From Bacteroidota bacterium (GTDB lineage Bacteria; Bacteroidota; Bacteroidia; Bacteroidales; FEN-979), in contig JBAXFM010000002.1 in the NCBI GenBank assembly GCA_037139855.1, positions 1 to 52,213 of the forward strand: a stretch of DNA of 52,213 nt, given 5' to 3'. The notes beneath the pieces are model-generated. The model did no database searches. It was not told the origin of the DNA and worked only from the letters and a program-made list of their open reading frames with translations. Position numbers and translations under genes: made by a program. Positions 1-9,622 of this stretch are shown one piece after another. The first letter of the stretch is position 1. Every line of letters starts with the position of its first letter.

Positions 1-1283
1 ACATTGGATAAATCTTTGAGTTCGATCCCTTTGTTGGCGCTGAATAAAAATTTCACCTTGTCGATGCCATCTTTTGAGATGGCTTCCGACCGGTGAAAGT
101 CAATCGTAAACCGGGCCATTGGTATTCCCAGCTTTGCAAGAATGCCAACCACCTCTTGTTCAAATTCTGCAACAACTTTTTGTCTTTTTGACGAAAGGAC
201 TCCTGCTTTTAAAACAAGGTCAGATTCAATACCGGCTATTTCCTTACGAAGGGCAATGATCTGATCCTCCAGGCCTGCTTCATCTGATACCTTTTTTTCG
301 ATGTCAAGTTTGATCACCTGTAACTGTTCAATGGTGGCAACCTGGTGTTTTTTCAACAAACGATACAATTGATCGAGCCGTTGTGTGAGGGATTCAACCA
401 ATGGAGGATCAACGAAAACCAGCGCTTCGATCGACTGCAACTCATTTGATAAGTCCTTGATATCAATATAATTGACGTTTATTCTTTCGGACAGACTTTT
501 AAGCTCCGGTTTATATTTTGCCACACTGTTTATTGCATGCAAAACCTCCGACATTTGCGACAGAATATTTTCATCAGCGCCTGATATCATATGATTTGCC
601 CGGTAAAGTCCGCTCCTGATCTCTTCAGCATGTGTGAGCTCCTCAAGGTTGGCTTCAATTTCCTGCAACTCTCCCGGGGTTAACCGTGCCAGGTCAAGTT
701 CATCAAGCAAAAATTGAAAATAATCCATTTCACCGGCAGTCTTCGCCTCTTGCTCTTCAATCTTAACCAGGTGGCTTTTCAGGTCCATAAGCTTGTAAAA
801 TCCATTCCGATAAACAGAAACGTCTGTCTGAATACCTGCGTAACTGTCGATCACTGCCAATTGAAAATTCGAATCATTCAGGGTGGTAATAGAATTCTGC
901 GAATGCACATTCACAAGCCGGTCACCAAGGTCTTTGAGCAAGGTCAGGTTGACCGGTGTGTCGTTGATGAAAGCACGGGATTTCCCATGCTGGTTAATTT
1001 CGCGGCGCAGAATAATGGCATCTTCATAATCCAGTTCCTCACCCTCGAAAAAACTTTCAAGGTTATAACCCCTGATCATAAAAAGACCTTCAATAATGCA
1101 TTTTTTTGATTGATCCAGTAGAATACCAGAGTCGGCCCTTTGCCCGAGAATTAATGATAACGCACCCAGAAGAATCGATTTACCTGCGCCTGTTTCACCC
1201 GTGATCGCCGAGAAGCCTTCTGAGAAGTCAATCTCCAGATCATGAATCAGAATGTAGTTTTTAATGGATAATTTTAAGAGCAT
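1..1283 (-). CDS. recN: DNA repair protein RecN, N-terminal ~427 codons (gene runs off the left edge of the window)
   Basis: Absent from the ORF track because it is truncated by the window edge. My translation of the minus strand from the ATG at 1281-1283 gives MLLKLSIKNYILIHDLEIDFSEGFSAITGETGAGKSILLGALSLILGQRAD (SMC-type Walker A GETGAGKS), followed by long coiled-coil-like sequence. Synteny with DUF4835-coaBC-rpoZ-bamD fits. Confidence 0.85.
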   Translation of the reverse strand, partial: MLLKLSIKNYILIHDLEIDFSEGFSAITGETGAGKSILLGALSLILGQRADSGILLDQSKKCIIEGLFMIRGYNLESFFEGEELDYEDAIILRREINQHGKSRAFINDTPVNLTLLKDLGDRLVNVHSQNSITTLNDSNFQLAVIDSYAGIQTDVSVYRNGFYKLMDLKSHLVKIEEQEAKTAGEMDYFQFLLDELDLARLTPGELQEIEANLEELTHAEEIRSGLYRANHMISGADENILSQMSEVLHAINSVAKYKPELKSLSERINVNYIDIKDLSNELQSIEALVFVDPPLVESLTQRLDQLYRLLKKHQVATIEQLQVIKLDIEKKVSDEAGLEDQIIALRKEIAGIESDLVLKAGVLSSKRQKVVAEFEQEVVGILAKLGIPMARFTIDFHRSEAISKDGIDKVKFLFSANKGIELKDLSN

Positions 1284-1324
1284 CTGTGTTACCCCGTTTT
1301 TAAACGTTGTGCATCCTGCCTGTG

Positions 1325-2236
1325 CTACTTTGACTCCAGGATGGCCTGGTATTTAGAACTGTTTGCCGGATCAATCTCCTTCAAAATGTTGACTATATTC
1401 GATTTATCCATAGGTGGAACCCGTTGATCGGCATAAATATTGACAAATTCATCGCGCTTAGCATCAAAAACAAGTTGCAAAGAATACAGGTTAGGTTTGG
1501 CATTGTATATTTTTTGCAGAATCTCAATTCCTTCCGACGTTACATTTCTGCCCTGATCTACTTTCTCATACATCTGATCAAGCCCGAGCCGGTGATACCG
1601 GTAGGCAAACTCTCTTAAACCCGAATTGGCCGAATTCAAATAGTTATTAGTAATCCAATAGCGGTTCTTCTCACTTTCGAATGCCTTCCATCCAGGATCC
1701 GATGAATTCTGAGCGGAATTTACCACATCCTGGGCTTTCTCGAAAAATGGACTGCCGCCGCTGGGCGAAAATGAATCAAAATAAAACCCAAGGACGGTGT
1801 AACAATAATAGGCGAAAACAGAGGTGAGATTGGAGGAAAATGTACCGTCGGAAAAATCAAGAGGCTGGAATTCAACGTATTTGAACTGGATATTCTTATC
1901 GATGGTATTTAACAGTACAGTGTTATAGGCCGAGTTCATCACCGGCCTGCGCACAACCACGTTCAACGTACCTTTAAATTCATCTGCAGTCAAACGGTCG
2001 TTGATCGTTAACATCATGGTGCATTCGATCCGTTCTTCTTGTTTAAAATTAAAATTCGACCATTTACGGTTATTCACAAATTCATATAAGGCATTTTGTA
2101 AAGTTTCAAACACCTTTTTATCCGTACCTGACAGTTTGTCGGTATTGATGCTGATCATACAATTGAGTTCCTGTGCACGCAAACCGGAGGAGATTGCACT
2201 CAGAAAGATTACCAGAAAAGCTATGATTCGTGTCAT
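1325..2236 (-). CDS. DUF4835-family secreted protein (family linked to type IX secretion, PorD-like, in some annotations; I am not certain of that name)
   Basis: 303-aa ORF with a signal peptide (MTRIIAFLVIFLSAISSGLRAQ) and a QELNC...ERIEC pattern that I associate with DUF4835. It holds the conserved position between recN and coaBC and overlaps coaBC by 4 nt. Confidence 0.65.
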   Translation of the reverse strand: MTRIIAFLVIFLSAISSGLRAQELNCMISINTDKLSGTDKKVFETLQNALYEFVNNRKWSNFNFKQEERIECTMMLTINDRLTADEFKGTLNVVVRRPVMNSAYNTVLLNTIDKNIQFKYVEFQPLDFSDGTFSSNLTSVFAYYCYTVLGFYFDSFSPSGGSPFFEKAQDVVNSAQNSSDPGWKAFESEKNRYWITNNYLNSANSGLREFAYRYHRLGLDQMYEKVDQGRNVTSEGIEILQKIYNAKPNLYSLQLVFDAKRDEFVNIYADQRVPPMDKSNIVNILKEIDPANSSKYQAILESK

Positions 2237-3441
2237 GGTTGAATAGGTCTGTTTTTTACGATGAAATCGAGAATTTCAGCAGCGACAGCCACCTTACTTT
2301 GCAATTTGCCCTGATGCACTGTGCCGGAACGGTCAATGATACTGATTTTATTGGTTTCAAGTCCAAAACCCGCACCTTGATCCTTCAAGGAATTAAGTAC
2401 AATAAAATCAAGATTTTTGGAGATTAATTTGCTTTTTGCATTTTCTGCTTCATTATCGGTTTCCAATGCAAATCCTACAAGAATCTGGTCTTTTGTTTTC
2501 CTGGCCCCTAGTTCTTTCAGAATATCCCTGGTAGGAGTAAGTTCGGGTACGAACGCGGCTTGACTCTTTTTAAGCTTTACCTGTGATTGCTGTTTGCAGG
2601 TATAATCTGCCACTGCGGCAGACATAATCACAATTTCAGCCAGCGCAGCTTCCTGCATGCATACCTGATACATCTCTTCCGCTGATTCAACATCAATCCG
2701 ATCGATATTGGGATGGCTGATGGTCAGATTTACAGGACCGGTTACCAGGGTTACCTGAGCTCCTCTTTGTGCTGCTTCACTGGCAAGTGCAAACCCCATT
2801 TTCCCTGTTGAATAGTTTCCGATAAACCTCACGGGGTCAATTTTCTCATAAGTGGGGCCTGCCGTTATGAGAATTTTTTTTTTATTCAGGACCTGCCCCT
2901 GTTTGAAATGTTTTATGACAATCTGAAGTATTGCTTCGGGTTCTTCCAGGCGCCCTGGTCCAGACAATCCGCTGGCTAACTCGCCAACCTGCGGTTCAAT
3001 GATGAAATTGCCAAAAGATTTCAGAATGCTGATGTTGTTTTGGGTAGAAGGGTGTGCATACATGTCCAGATCCATCGCCGGGGCAATAAAAACCGGACAT
3101 TTTGCCGACAGATAGGCCGTAACAACAAAATTATCGGCAATGCCGTGAGCCATTTTACCAAGTGAATTGGCTGTGACAGGTGCAAAAATCATGACATCAG
3201 CCCATTGTCCAAGTTCAACATGATTATTCCATTCCCCGTCTTGGGCTTTAAACGGCGCAACAATCACCGCATGTTGCGAAAGTGTGGCCAAGGTTAACGG
3301 GGTTACGAAATCGGTTGCAGCAGGAGTCATGATGACACGCACCTCCGCTCCTTCCTTGATGAGAAGTCTGACAAGGAATGGGATTTTATAAGCTGCAATG
3401 CTACCGGTGATACCGACAACAATTTTTTTCCCCTTCAACAT
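2233..3441 (-). CDS. coaBC: Bifunctional phosphopantothenoylcysteine decarboxylase / phosphopantothenate-cysteine ligase
   Basis: 402 aa. N-terminal flavoprotein motif GITGSIAAYK; C-terminal CoaB motif ITAGPTYEKIDPVRFIGNYSTGKMG. Confidence 0.93.
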   Translation of the reverse strand: MLKGKKIVVGITGSIAAYKIPFLVRLLIKEGAEVRVIMTPAATDFVTPLTLATLSQHAVIVAPFKAQDGEWNNHVELGQWADVMIFAPVTANSLGKMAHGIADNFVVTAYLSAKCPVFIAPAMDLDMYAHPSTQNNISILKSFGNFIIEPQVGELASGLSGPGRLEEPEAILQIVIKHFKQGQVLNKKKILITAGPTYEKIDPVRFIGNYSTGKMGFALASEAAQRGAQVTLVTGPVNLTISHPNIDRIDVESAEEMYQVCMQEAALAEIVIMSAAVADYTCKQQSQVKLKKSQAAFVPELTPTRDILKELGARKTKDQILVGFALETDNEAENAKSKLISKNLDFIVLNSLKDQGAGFGLETNKISIIDRSGTVHQGKLQSKVAVAAEILDFIVKNRPIQP

Positions 3442-3458
3442 GACTCAAAAAGTTAATG

Positions 3459-3800
3459 TTAGAAATCCTCCGGCCGTTCTTTGTGAGGATTGCGAAAGTA
3501 CACTTCGTTGTTCAGATATTCATGGATAGCAATCAACGTCGGTTTTGGAAGTTGCTCATAATATTTTGCAATCTCGATCTGCTCACGATTTTCAAATACC
3601 TCTTCAAGATTATCAGTGGTGGTTGCAAATTCAGATAACTTTTGGTTTAGTTCTTCTTTTATTTCCAGACCTATTTGATTTGCGCGTTTGGAAATAACAG
3701 CAACCGTTTCATACATATTATTCGTTCCGGCAGTAAAGTCTTCAATATTACGGGTTACTGCATGAACATCGGTTTTTACTTTTTTATAATCCATGGTCAT
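3459..3800 (-). CDS. rpoZ: DNA-directed RNA polymerase subunit omega (Bacteroidota long form)
   Basis: 113 aa. The segment NMYETVAVISKRANQIG resembles the omega core helix. It holds the conserved position between bamD and coaBC. Confidence 0.7.
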   Translation of the reverse strand: MTMDYKKVKTDVHAVTRNIEDFTAGTNNMYETVAVISKRANQIGLEIKEELNQKLSEFATTTDNLEEVFENREQIEIAKYYEQLPKPTLIAIHEYLNNEVYFRNPHKERPEDF

Positions 3801-3805
3801 TTTGT

Positions 3806-4657
3806 TTATTTGGGTAATTGAATCCGGTTATTTTCCTGATTCGCTTTATTTTGATCTCTGGTATAAATTAACTCCAGTTCTTTTTTCGATCGTTCCTTCA
3901 AATCTCGAGCTTCCGCAATAAATTTACTTTCAGGAAACTGGGCCACAAACTCGTTATAGGCAACAATAGCCTTGAGATGACGATCCTTTTGTTTTTCAAA
4001 GATACTTTCTTTGGCAAATTTGTGGTAAGATTTAACCACAAGAAAGAGCACCTCTTCTTTGTGGGGTGTATCCGGGTAATCTTTCAGAATGTTTCCCAGC
4101 ATTTGAATAGACGCAGCATAATCATCCATCCGGTAAAACAATTTCGCGATCTTGTAATCCTTCATCTCCAGTTTCAGTCTGAGCTTGTCCATCAGATCAT
4201 TGCACTCCGATACCCTTTTACTGGTGGGATAGGTATTGGTAAACAGTTGTAATTCCTTGAGCGCATCATAGGTAATCGTTTGGTCAAGGCTGTATTCAGG
4301 AGAACTTAGATAATTGCAATATGCACTCAGAAACATACATTCTTCAGCTTCCGGTGAATTAGGATAATTACTGGTGTAACGTTTAAAATAATAGGCTGCA
4401 AGGGTATAATCCTTTTGATTGTAATAACAAAAGGAGTAATAATAGGCAATCTTCTGCGCCTTGTCGGTCGCCCGCATAGCCCCGGTTAACTGATCAAACA
4501 ACTGAAGCGCTCTTGAATAATCTTTTTGAGAATATAACTTTACTGCTAATTCATATTTTTCATCCACAGATCCACTCTTCAGCATTTTTTGGAATTTACA
4601 TGCAGACAATGAGAGCAGCAGAGAGAAACCTATAAAAAAAATGGCCTTATATTTCAT
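3806..4657 (-). CDS. bamD: Outer membrane protein assembly factor BamD (TPR lipoprotein)
   Basis: 283 aa. Lipoprotein signal (LLLSLSAC) and repeated TPR-like Y/A-rich helices (YELAVKLYSQKDYSRALQLF, YYYSFCYYNQKDYTLAAYYF). Synteny with rpoZ/coaBC. Confidence 0.8.
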   Translation of the reverse strand: MKYKAIFFIGFSLLLSLSACKFQKMLKSGSVDEKYELAVKLYSQKDYSRALQLFDQLTGAMRATDKAQKIAYYYSFCYYNQKDYTLAAYYFKRYTSNYPNSPEAEECMFLSAYCNYLSSPEYSLDQTITYDALKELQLFTNTYPTSKRVSECNDLMDKLRLKLEMKDYKIAKLFYRMDDYAASIQMLGNILKDYPDTPHKEEVLFLVVKSYHKFAKESIFEKQKDRHLKAIVAYNEFVAQFPESKFIAEARDLKERSKKELELIYTRDQNKANQENNRIQLPK

Positions 4658-4661
4658 GGTG

Positions 4662-4669
4662 CAAAATTA
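4662..4669 (-). promoter_or_regulatory. Bacteroidota -7 box TAATTTTG for bamD, only 4 nt from the ATG (near-leaderless)
   Basis: Plus-strand caaaatta is the reverse complement of TAATTTTG. The extended context taattttgcacc is shared with the boxes at 20977 and 4744. Confidence 0.45.
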
Positions 4670-4720
4670 CAACTTTATGTCGAAAAATCATAATTTAAAC
4701 AGATACTAACGGTTTGCAGG

Positions 4721-4751
4721 TTGAAAAAGTATTTGTTTTTTGGTACTTTTG
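4721..4751 (+). promoter_or_regulatory. Promoter TTG-N20-TACTTTTG for the alpha-oxoamine synthase operon
   Basis: ttg at 4721-4723 and tacttttg at 4744-4751, 47 nt upstream of the GTG start. Confidence 0.5.
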
Positions 4752-4798
4752 CACCCGGAGAAACAAATTATAATTATTAAACTTAATTCATCATAACA

Positions 4799-6052
4799 GT
4801 GGATATTTTCGACAAAGTTTCAGGTAACATGGGGCCTCTGGGCCAATATGCCGATCAGGGTTATGGATATTATTCTTTTCCTAAGCTGGAAGGAGACATT
4901 TCAAATCGTATGTATTTCAGGGGAAAACCGGTATTGGTATGGAGTCTGAACAATTATCTTGGACTGGCAAATCATCCTGAAATCAGAAAAGCAGATACTG
5001 CCGCCTCTGAGCAGTTTGGACTTGCAGCGCCCATGGGCGCCCGCATGATGTCTGGTCAAACAAGCTATCACCAGCAATTGGAGCAGGAATTGGCGGCATT
5101 TGAAAACAAAGAAGCTGCCTACTTGCTAAATTTCGGATATATGGGCATGGTGTCGATCATCGACTCAATGCTCGATCGTCATGATGTTGTGGTATACGAC
5201 TCTGAATCACATGCCTGCATCCTTGACGGACTGCGTTTACACATCGGGAAACGTTTCGTTTTTCCACACAATGACATGGAAAAATTTGAAGCCCAGATCA
5301 TTCATGCTAAAAAGGTCGCCGATGCATCAGGCGGTGGAATTCTGGTGATTACCGAAGGTGTTTTTGGAATGCCCGGTGATCTGGGGAATCTGAAAGGCAT
5401 TCTTCAGTTCAAGGAAAAATATGGTTTCAGACTTTTAGTTGATGATGCACATGGCTTTGGAACCATGGGAAGCACTGGCGCAGGTACGAGCCAGGAGCAA
5501 AATGTGATGGACGGCGTAGATGTCTATTTTGGAACATTTGCCAAAGCCATGGCAGGGATCGGGGCTTTTGTAGCCAGTGAAAAGAGGATTATCAAAGCCC
5601 TCACCTTCAAAATGCGTTCGCAAATCTATGCAAAGTCACTGCCGTTGCCCATGGTTGTTGGTTCATTGAAACGACTCGATATGATTCGTACACACCCCGA
5701 ATTGAGGGAACAACTCTGGACAATTGTTTCAGCCCTGCAAACAGGATTGCGCGAAAATGGCTTTGATATCGGCAAAACACAATCTCCGGTTACCCCTGTA
5801 TTTTTAAAAGGCGGCCCGATCGAAGCTACCCAGGTTATCGCTGATTTGCGTGAAAATTTCGGAATCTTTTGCTCGGTGGTTATTTATCCTGTGGTACCCA
5901 AAGGCATCATCATGCTTCGGCTTATTCCAACTGCTGCGCATACCCTGGAAGATGTTAAAATTACCATTGCAGCGTTTGCGGCGGTGCGGAAAAATCTTGA
6001 TGAACAAAAGTACACATTAGGGGGAATTCCGGCGCTTGCTGATAAATTTTAA
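4799..6052 (+). CDS. PLP-dependent alpha-oxoamine synthase family enzyme (Kbl/BioF/serine-palmitoyltransferase-like acyltransferase); substrate not assignable from sequence
   Basis: 417 aa with a GTG start. Motifs NNYLGLANHPE, DDAHGFG and the PLP-lysine context GTFAKAMAG are typical of the family. Confidence 0.85.
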   Translation: MDIFDKVSGNMGPLGQYADQGYGYYSFPKLEGDISNRMYFRGKPVLVWSLNNYLGLANHPEIRKADTAASEQFGLAAPMGARMMSGQTSYHQQLEQELAAFENKEAAYLLNFGYMGMVSIIDSMLDRHDVVVYDSESHACILDGLRLHIGKRFVFPHNDMEKFEAQIIHAKKVADASGGGILVITEGVFGMPGDLGNLKGILQFKEKYGFRLLVDDAHGFGTMGSTGAGTSQEQNVMDGVDVYFGTFAKAMAGIGAFVASEKRIIKALTFKMRSQIYAKSLPLPMVVGSLKRLDMIRTHPELREQLWTIVSALQTGLRENGFDIGKTQSPVTPVFLKGGPIEATQVIADLRENFGIFCSVVIYPVVPKGIIMLRLIPTAAHTLEDVKITIAAFAAVRKNLDEQKYTLGGIPALADKF

Positions 6053-6054
6053 TA

Positions 6055-6984
6055 ATGCAAAAACGGTTTTTTTCTTCCGGAAACAGAATTTACGTTGGAT
6101 ACCGTAAAATCCGATTTCTTGCTAAAACAGGCTCTCTTTTCTCTTTATCAAAACCGGGTAGCGTCACATCAACCGACATCCCGAATGAGACATTCAGAAC
6201 GATTTCCATAAACTCTTGTCTGCTTTTTCTTATTGCTTATCTTTTCATTTATATCCTTAACCTGTTTATAACAGGTTATACCGCTATTTTATTCAACATT
6301 CCCGTTCGGGTTTACTACAATGATGTTGATTATCTGATCAGGGGGATCGACTGGACGCCCGACTCAGTATCAGGAGTTTTCAGCAGTGGCCCTATCGCCA
6401 TGTTGGTATTGTCGGTGTTTTTATATATCCTGTACCGGGCCGTTGAAACAGAAACCGGGATCATGCGTTTGCTGCTCTTGTGGATGATTTTTCATTCACT
6501 GACACGATTTTTTGGCGAGATACTCATTGGTGCAATCCTGAATAAAGGATTTGGATTTGTAATTCTTTATATGTTTGTTATGGATACAGGGAAGGTCATC
6601 CTGACCATTCTGGGATTCGTCGCCATGTTTACTACCGGACTCGTGTTAACACGTCAGGCGCTTTATTCAGCCAACATTTATTTTAATGATTTACGAAGGA
6701 CTTACCGCTTGAAATTCATTTTCCTGCAGTTTTTCCTTCCGTATTTTATTGGCAACATCGTCATCATGCTGATAAAAATACCGCAATTCAGTCTTTTTGA
6801 CTTTGCTGTTAATGCCTCCATGATTCTGATCCTCATCCCTGTCCTGATAAGAAGTATCGGCATGGAAGACATGTATTTCGATGAAGAGCAGAAGGAAAAT
6901 AAATTCAGGATTAGCTTACCAATAATTGCTGTAGTGTTTGTACTCCTTTACCGGCTTGTATTGGGATTTGGAATAAGACTTTAG
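6055..6984 (+). CDS. Polytopic inner-membrane protein of unknown function, likely co-transcribed with the alpha-oxoamine synthase
   Basis: 309 aa. At least 6-7 hydrophobic spans (e.g. LLFLIAYLFIYILNLFITGYTAILF, IAMLVLSVFLYILY, LLLLWMIFHSL). Starts 3 nt after the upstream stop. No motif recognised. Confidence 0.6.
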   Translation: MQKRFFSSGNRIYVGYRKIRFLAKTGSLFSLSKPGSVTSTDIPNETFRTISINSCLLFLIAYLFIYILNLFITGYTAILFNIPVRVYYNDVDYLIRGIDWTPDSVSGVFSSGPIAMLVLSVFLYILYRAVETETGIMRLLLLWMIFHSLTRFFGEILIGAILNKGFGFVILYMFVMDTGKVILTILGFVAMFTTGLVLTRQALYSANIYFNDLRRTYRLKFIFLQFFLPYFIGNIVIMLIKIPQFSLFDFAVNASMILILIPVLIRSIGMEDMYFDEEQKENKFRISLPIIAVVFVLLYRLVLGFGIRL

Positions 6985-6993
6985 CTGTATTTC

Positions 6994-8727
6994 CTACTTT
7001 TTTATGATCAGTTTATCGAGATAAATCCGGTAACCTGAGTTGAATTTCAGATAATAAAGGCCATTCGATAGATTCGGAACGGTGATCTCAACAGTCGAAT
7101 TTCCCGAAAACCGGGTTACCTCCGAAGAATAAACCACAGATCCAAGTGTGTTGATAATCTGGATGGAACAGGATGGATTGATCGGATTTTCCGGCAATAT
7201 CAACCGGAAATGGCCGTCGGAAGGATTAGGATAAACCAACACAGAAACAACGCTTTTATCCTGGGCATCATAGGTTAGTGGCCGTAGCTGTACATCTAAA
7301 TGGGTTGTATTCCGTTTGGATACATTGACGTTTTTAATCGTCTTTGCAAAATATCCGGGAGATGTAAAGGTTACATCATAATTTCCTTCATAAATGGGAC
7401 GCGCGTAAAAGCCTGTTGTATTGCGAGAATACACTTCCGAAAAATCCTTATCGTGGCCATTGATGAATACCTTCGCTGCAAGGGGCTCGTCAGTTACGGT
7501 ATCTGTAACGATTCCATTAAAGCCATAATTCGCCTCTTTGATATAGTTCAAAAAAGACAGGTAGTTGTACCCCCAGAAAGGTATTAACTGAGACGTAGGT
7601 AATAATTTTGTATTTGATATTTCAACTGTTACTTCACGGCAACTATGCCAGTAATTCATATAATCCTGCCGGCCTCCATTCAGTTCATACCAGGCATACC
7701 CGTTGGTAATTCCATTCATAAGATCAGTGAAATAACCAACAGGACCATGTACATGTACCGTATCCGCCCATTCCCTGCCTACAAACTGCCACCAGTCATC
7801 ATCGGCATTCAGTTTTGACCATGTATCCCATGGATAGTTGAAAACTTCAGCGCCGCCATGAAAATTGGCCGACATTGAAAAATGATTATTGTCCGCATAA
7901 GCCATCCAGGCAATAGTTTCCTTTTGCCAGGCATTGCCATCGGGGTGTTGCCCGACTTTGGGATCCGGAAAATTACGGTTCAGGTCGATGTTGTTGGCGT
8001 TGTATCTAACGGCGCCGTAAACCGAATTGTTACCGCCACGGTATGTACCATCGGGATTGGAAAGTGGGTTTATGCAAATTTCTGTTGTGTTGACCAACTC
8101 AGTAATAGCAGGATCAATGCCATAATTTGACAAAAGGTAATCAATAAGATGCATCATCAAAATGTACCCGGTTGTTTCATCGCCATGGATGGATGAGGTA
8201 TACAAAAACTGCGGCTCTGCTTCTTCCTGGTTGACATTCTTACTGATTTTAACGGCCAGGATCTGACGGCCCTGGATAGATTGCCCGACGGTGTCAAGCT
8301 TGCAAATTGCAGGATACGATGCAGCAAAACCAACCATGAAATCGATATATTCCTGGTAAGTCGGATAAAAATTCCAGAGGGTACGGCTATCCTTCAACCC
8401 TGCCTGGCTCCGCTCGCTGACCTCCTTTTTACTCAATAACAACCCCGGGTGAGGCAGAATGGTATATGCAATATCATAACGTAAAAACTCGGAAAACTGT
8501 TTCCTGCCGGCATAGGCATGTACAGTTTTACCTTTTACATTGTCAATGGAAATAAGCCGTGTGAGGTGATGGATTTCGTCCTTATCTGAAATTTTGAAGG
8601 TGAAATAGATTTCACCCCTGTCGCGGAAAAGACTATCAAGCAGTTGAACCCCGGAATCCTGTGACATGACCGGTATGGTAAACCCTGCTACCATGAATAC
8701 CAGCAACCCAATGTAAAGATTTTTCAT
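6994..8727 (-). CDS. M14-family zinc carboxypeptidase with T9SS C-terminal sorting domain
   Basis: Zinc and active-site motifs HGDETTGY, NPDG and FHGG. The C-terminal ~80 aa (VLVYPNPSDGHFRL...NGLYYLKF...KLIIKK) looks like a T9SS CTD. I prefer the ATG at 8725-8727 (MKNLYIGLLVFMVAG signal peptide) over the track start at 8748, which overlaps dapA. Confidence 0.85.
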   Translation of the reverse strand: MKNLYIGLLVFMVAGFTIPVMSQDSGVQLLDSLFRDRGEIYFTFKISDKDEIHHLTRLISIDNVKGKTVHAYAGRKQFSEFLRYDIAYTILPHPGLLLSKKEVSERSQAGLKDSRTLWNFYPTYQEYIDFMVGFAASYPAICKLDTVGQSIQGRQILAVKISKNVNQEEAEPQFLYTSSIHGDETTGYILMMHLIDYLLSNYGIDPAITELVNTTEICINPLSNPDGTYRGGNNSVYGAVRYNANNIDLNRNFPDPKVGQHPDGNAWQKETIAWMAYADNNHFSMSANFHGGAEVFNYPWDTWSKLNADDDWWQFVGREWADTVHVHGPVGYFTDLMNGITNGYAWYELNGGRQDYMNYWHSCREVTVEISNTKLLPTSQLIPFWGYNYLSFLNYIKEANYGFNGIVTDTVTDEPLAAKVFINGHDKDFSEVYSRNTTGFYARPIYEGNYDVTFTSPGYFAKTIKNVNVSKRNTTHLDVQLRPLTYDAQDKSVVSVLVYPNPSDGHFRLILPENPINPSCSIQIINTLGSVVYSSEVTRFSGNSTVEITVPNLSNGLYYLKFNSGYRIYLDKLIIKK

Positions 8728-8728
8728 A

Positions 8729-9622
8729 TTATTTTTCAATTTGATCAATGCAGTGATGAATGAGTTTATTTGTCTCCTGATTAACAGGAACCATCGGAAG
8801 TCTTAAATAATTATGACAAAGCTTTTTAATCTCTAAAGCGGCTTTGATTCCCGAAGGACTTCCATCTGCAAACAATGCGTTGGTAAAATCAATCAGTTTG
8901 TAATGTAAGTTTCTGGCAGGTTTAACATTCCCGTCAAGTGCCAGTTTGACCATCTCAGCAAATTCTTTGGGATATGCATTGGCCGTGACGGAAATAACCC
9001 CGTCGGCTCCTGCGGCAATCAATGGAAGTGTTAACCCGTCATCTCCGGAAAGAACCAGAAAATCCTTTGGCCGGTTTTTTATAACCTGAAATATCTGGTC
9101 AAAATTACCTGAGGCTTCCTTAATTCCGACAATATTCGAACAGTCTTTTGCCAGCCGTAATGTGGTGGCGGCAGAGATGTTGCTGCTGGTCCGGCCAGGT
9201 ACCGTATATAAAATCACCGGAACGGGGCTGGCTTCAGCTATGATCTTGAAATGCTGATAGATGCCTTCCTGTTGCGGTTTTGAATAGTAGGGACAAACCG
9301 ACAGAATGGCATCAACCCCTTTGAACGGAGTACCATGTATCGCAATAACAACATCGGAGGTACTGTTGCCACCGATGCCGACAACAAGAGGTACCCGTTT
9401 ATTGATAGCTTTGACGGAATACTCTATCAGGGCTTTTTTTTCAGGTTTTGAAATGGTGGAAGATTCACCTGTTGTTCCAAGTAAAACAATGAAATCAACC
9501 CCTCCATGAATACAATGGTTTAGAATATTTTCAAAAGCTTCAAAATCAATGGCTCCTGATTTTTTAAAAGGCGTTACAATGGCTACGCCTGTTCCCTTGA
9601 ATTTATGGTATCCTTTTCGCAT
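8729..9622 (-). CDS. dapA: 4-hydroxy-tetrahydrodipicolinate synthase
   Basis: 297 aa. Motifs VLLGTTGES and IVGIKEASG (Schiff-base Lys region). Confidence 0.92.
   Translation of the reverse strand: MRKGYHKFKGTGVAIVTPFKKSGAIDFEAFENILNHCIHGGVDFIVLLGTTGESSTISKPEKKALIEYSVKAINKRVPLVVGIGGNSTSDVVIAIHGTPFKGVDAILSVCPYYSKPQQEGIYQHFKIIAEASPVPVILYTVPGRTSSNISAATTLRLAKDCSNIVGIKEASGNFDQIFQVIKNRPKDFLVLSGDDGLTLPLIAAGADGVISVTANAYPKEFAEMVKLALDGNVKPARNLHYKLIDFTNALFADGSPSGIKAALEIKKLCHNYLRLPMVPVNQETNKLIHHCIDQIEK

Noticed and set aside
714-1109. 131-aa plus-strand ORF inside the recN region
   Set aside because: It lies entirely antisense to a clearly recognisable RecN reading frame (Walker A, coiled coil). It has no motif and is a typical shadow ORF.
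2874-2883. A10 homopolymer (T10 on the plus strand) inside coaBC as a phase-variation or slippage tract
   Set aside because: It encodes the NKKKI linker between the CoaC and CoaB domains of an essential gene and the frame is intact. A contingency switch in coaBC is implausible, so this is probably just a lysine run in an AT-leaning genome.
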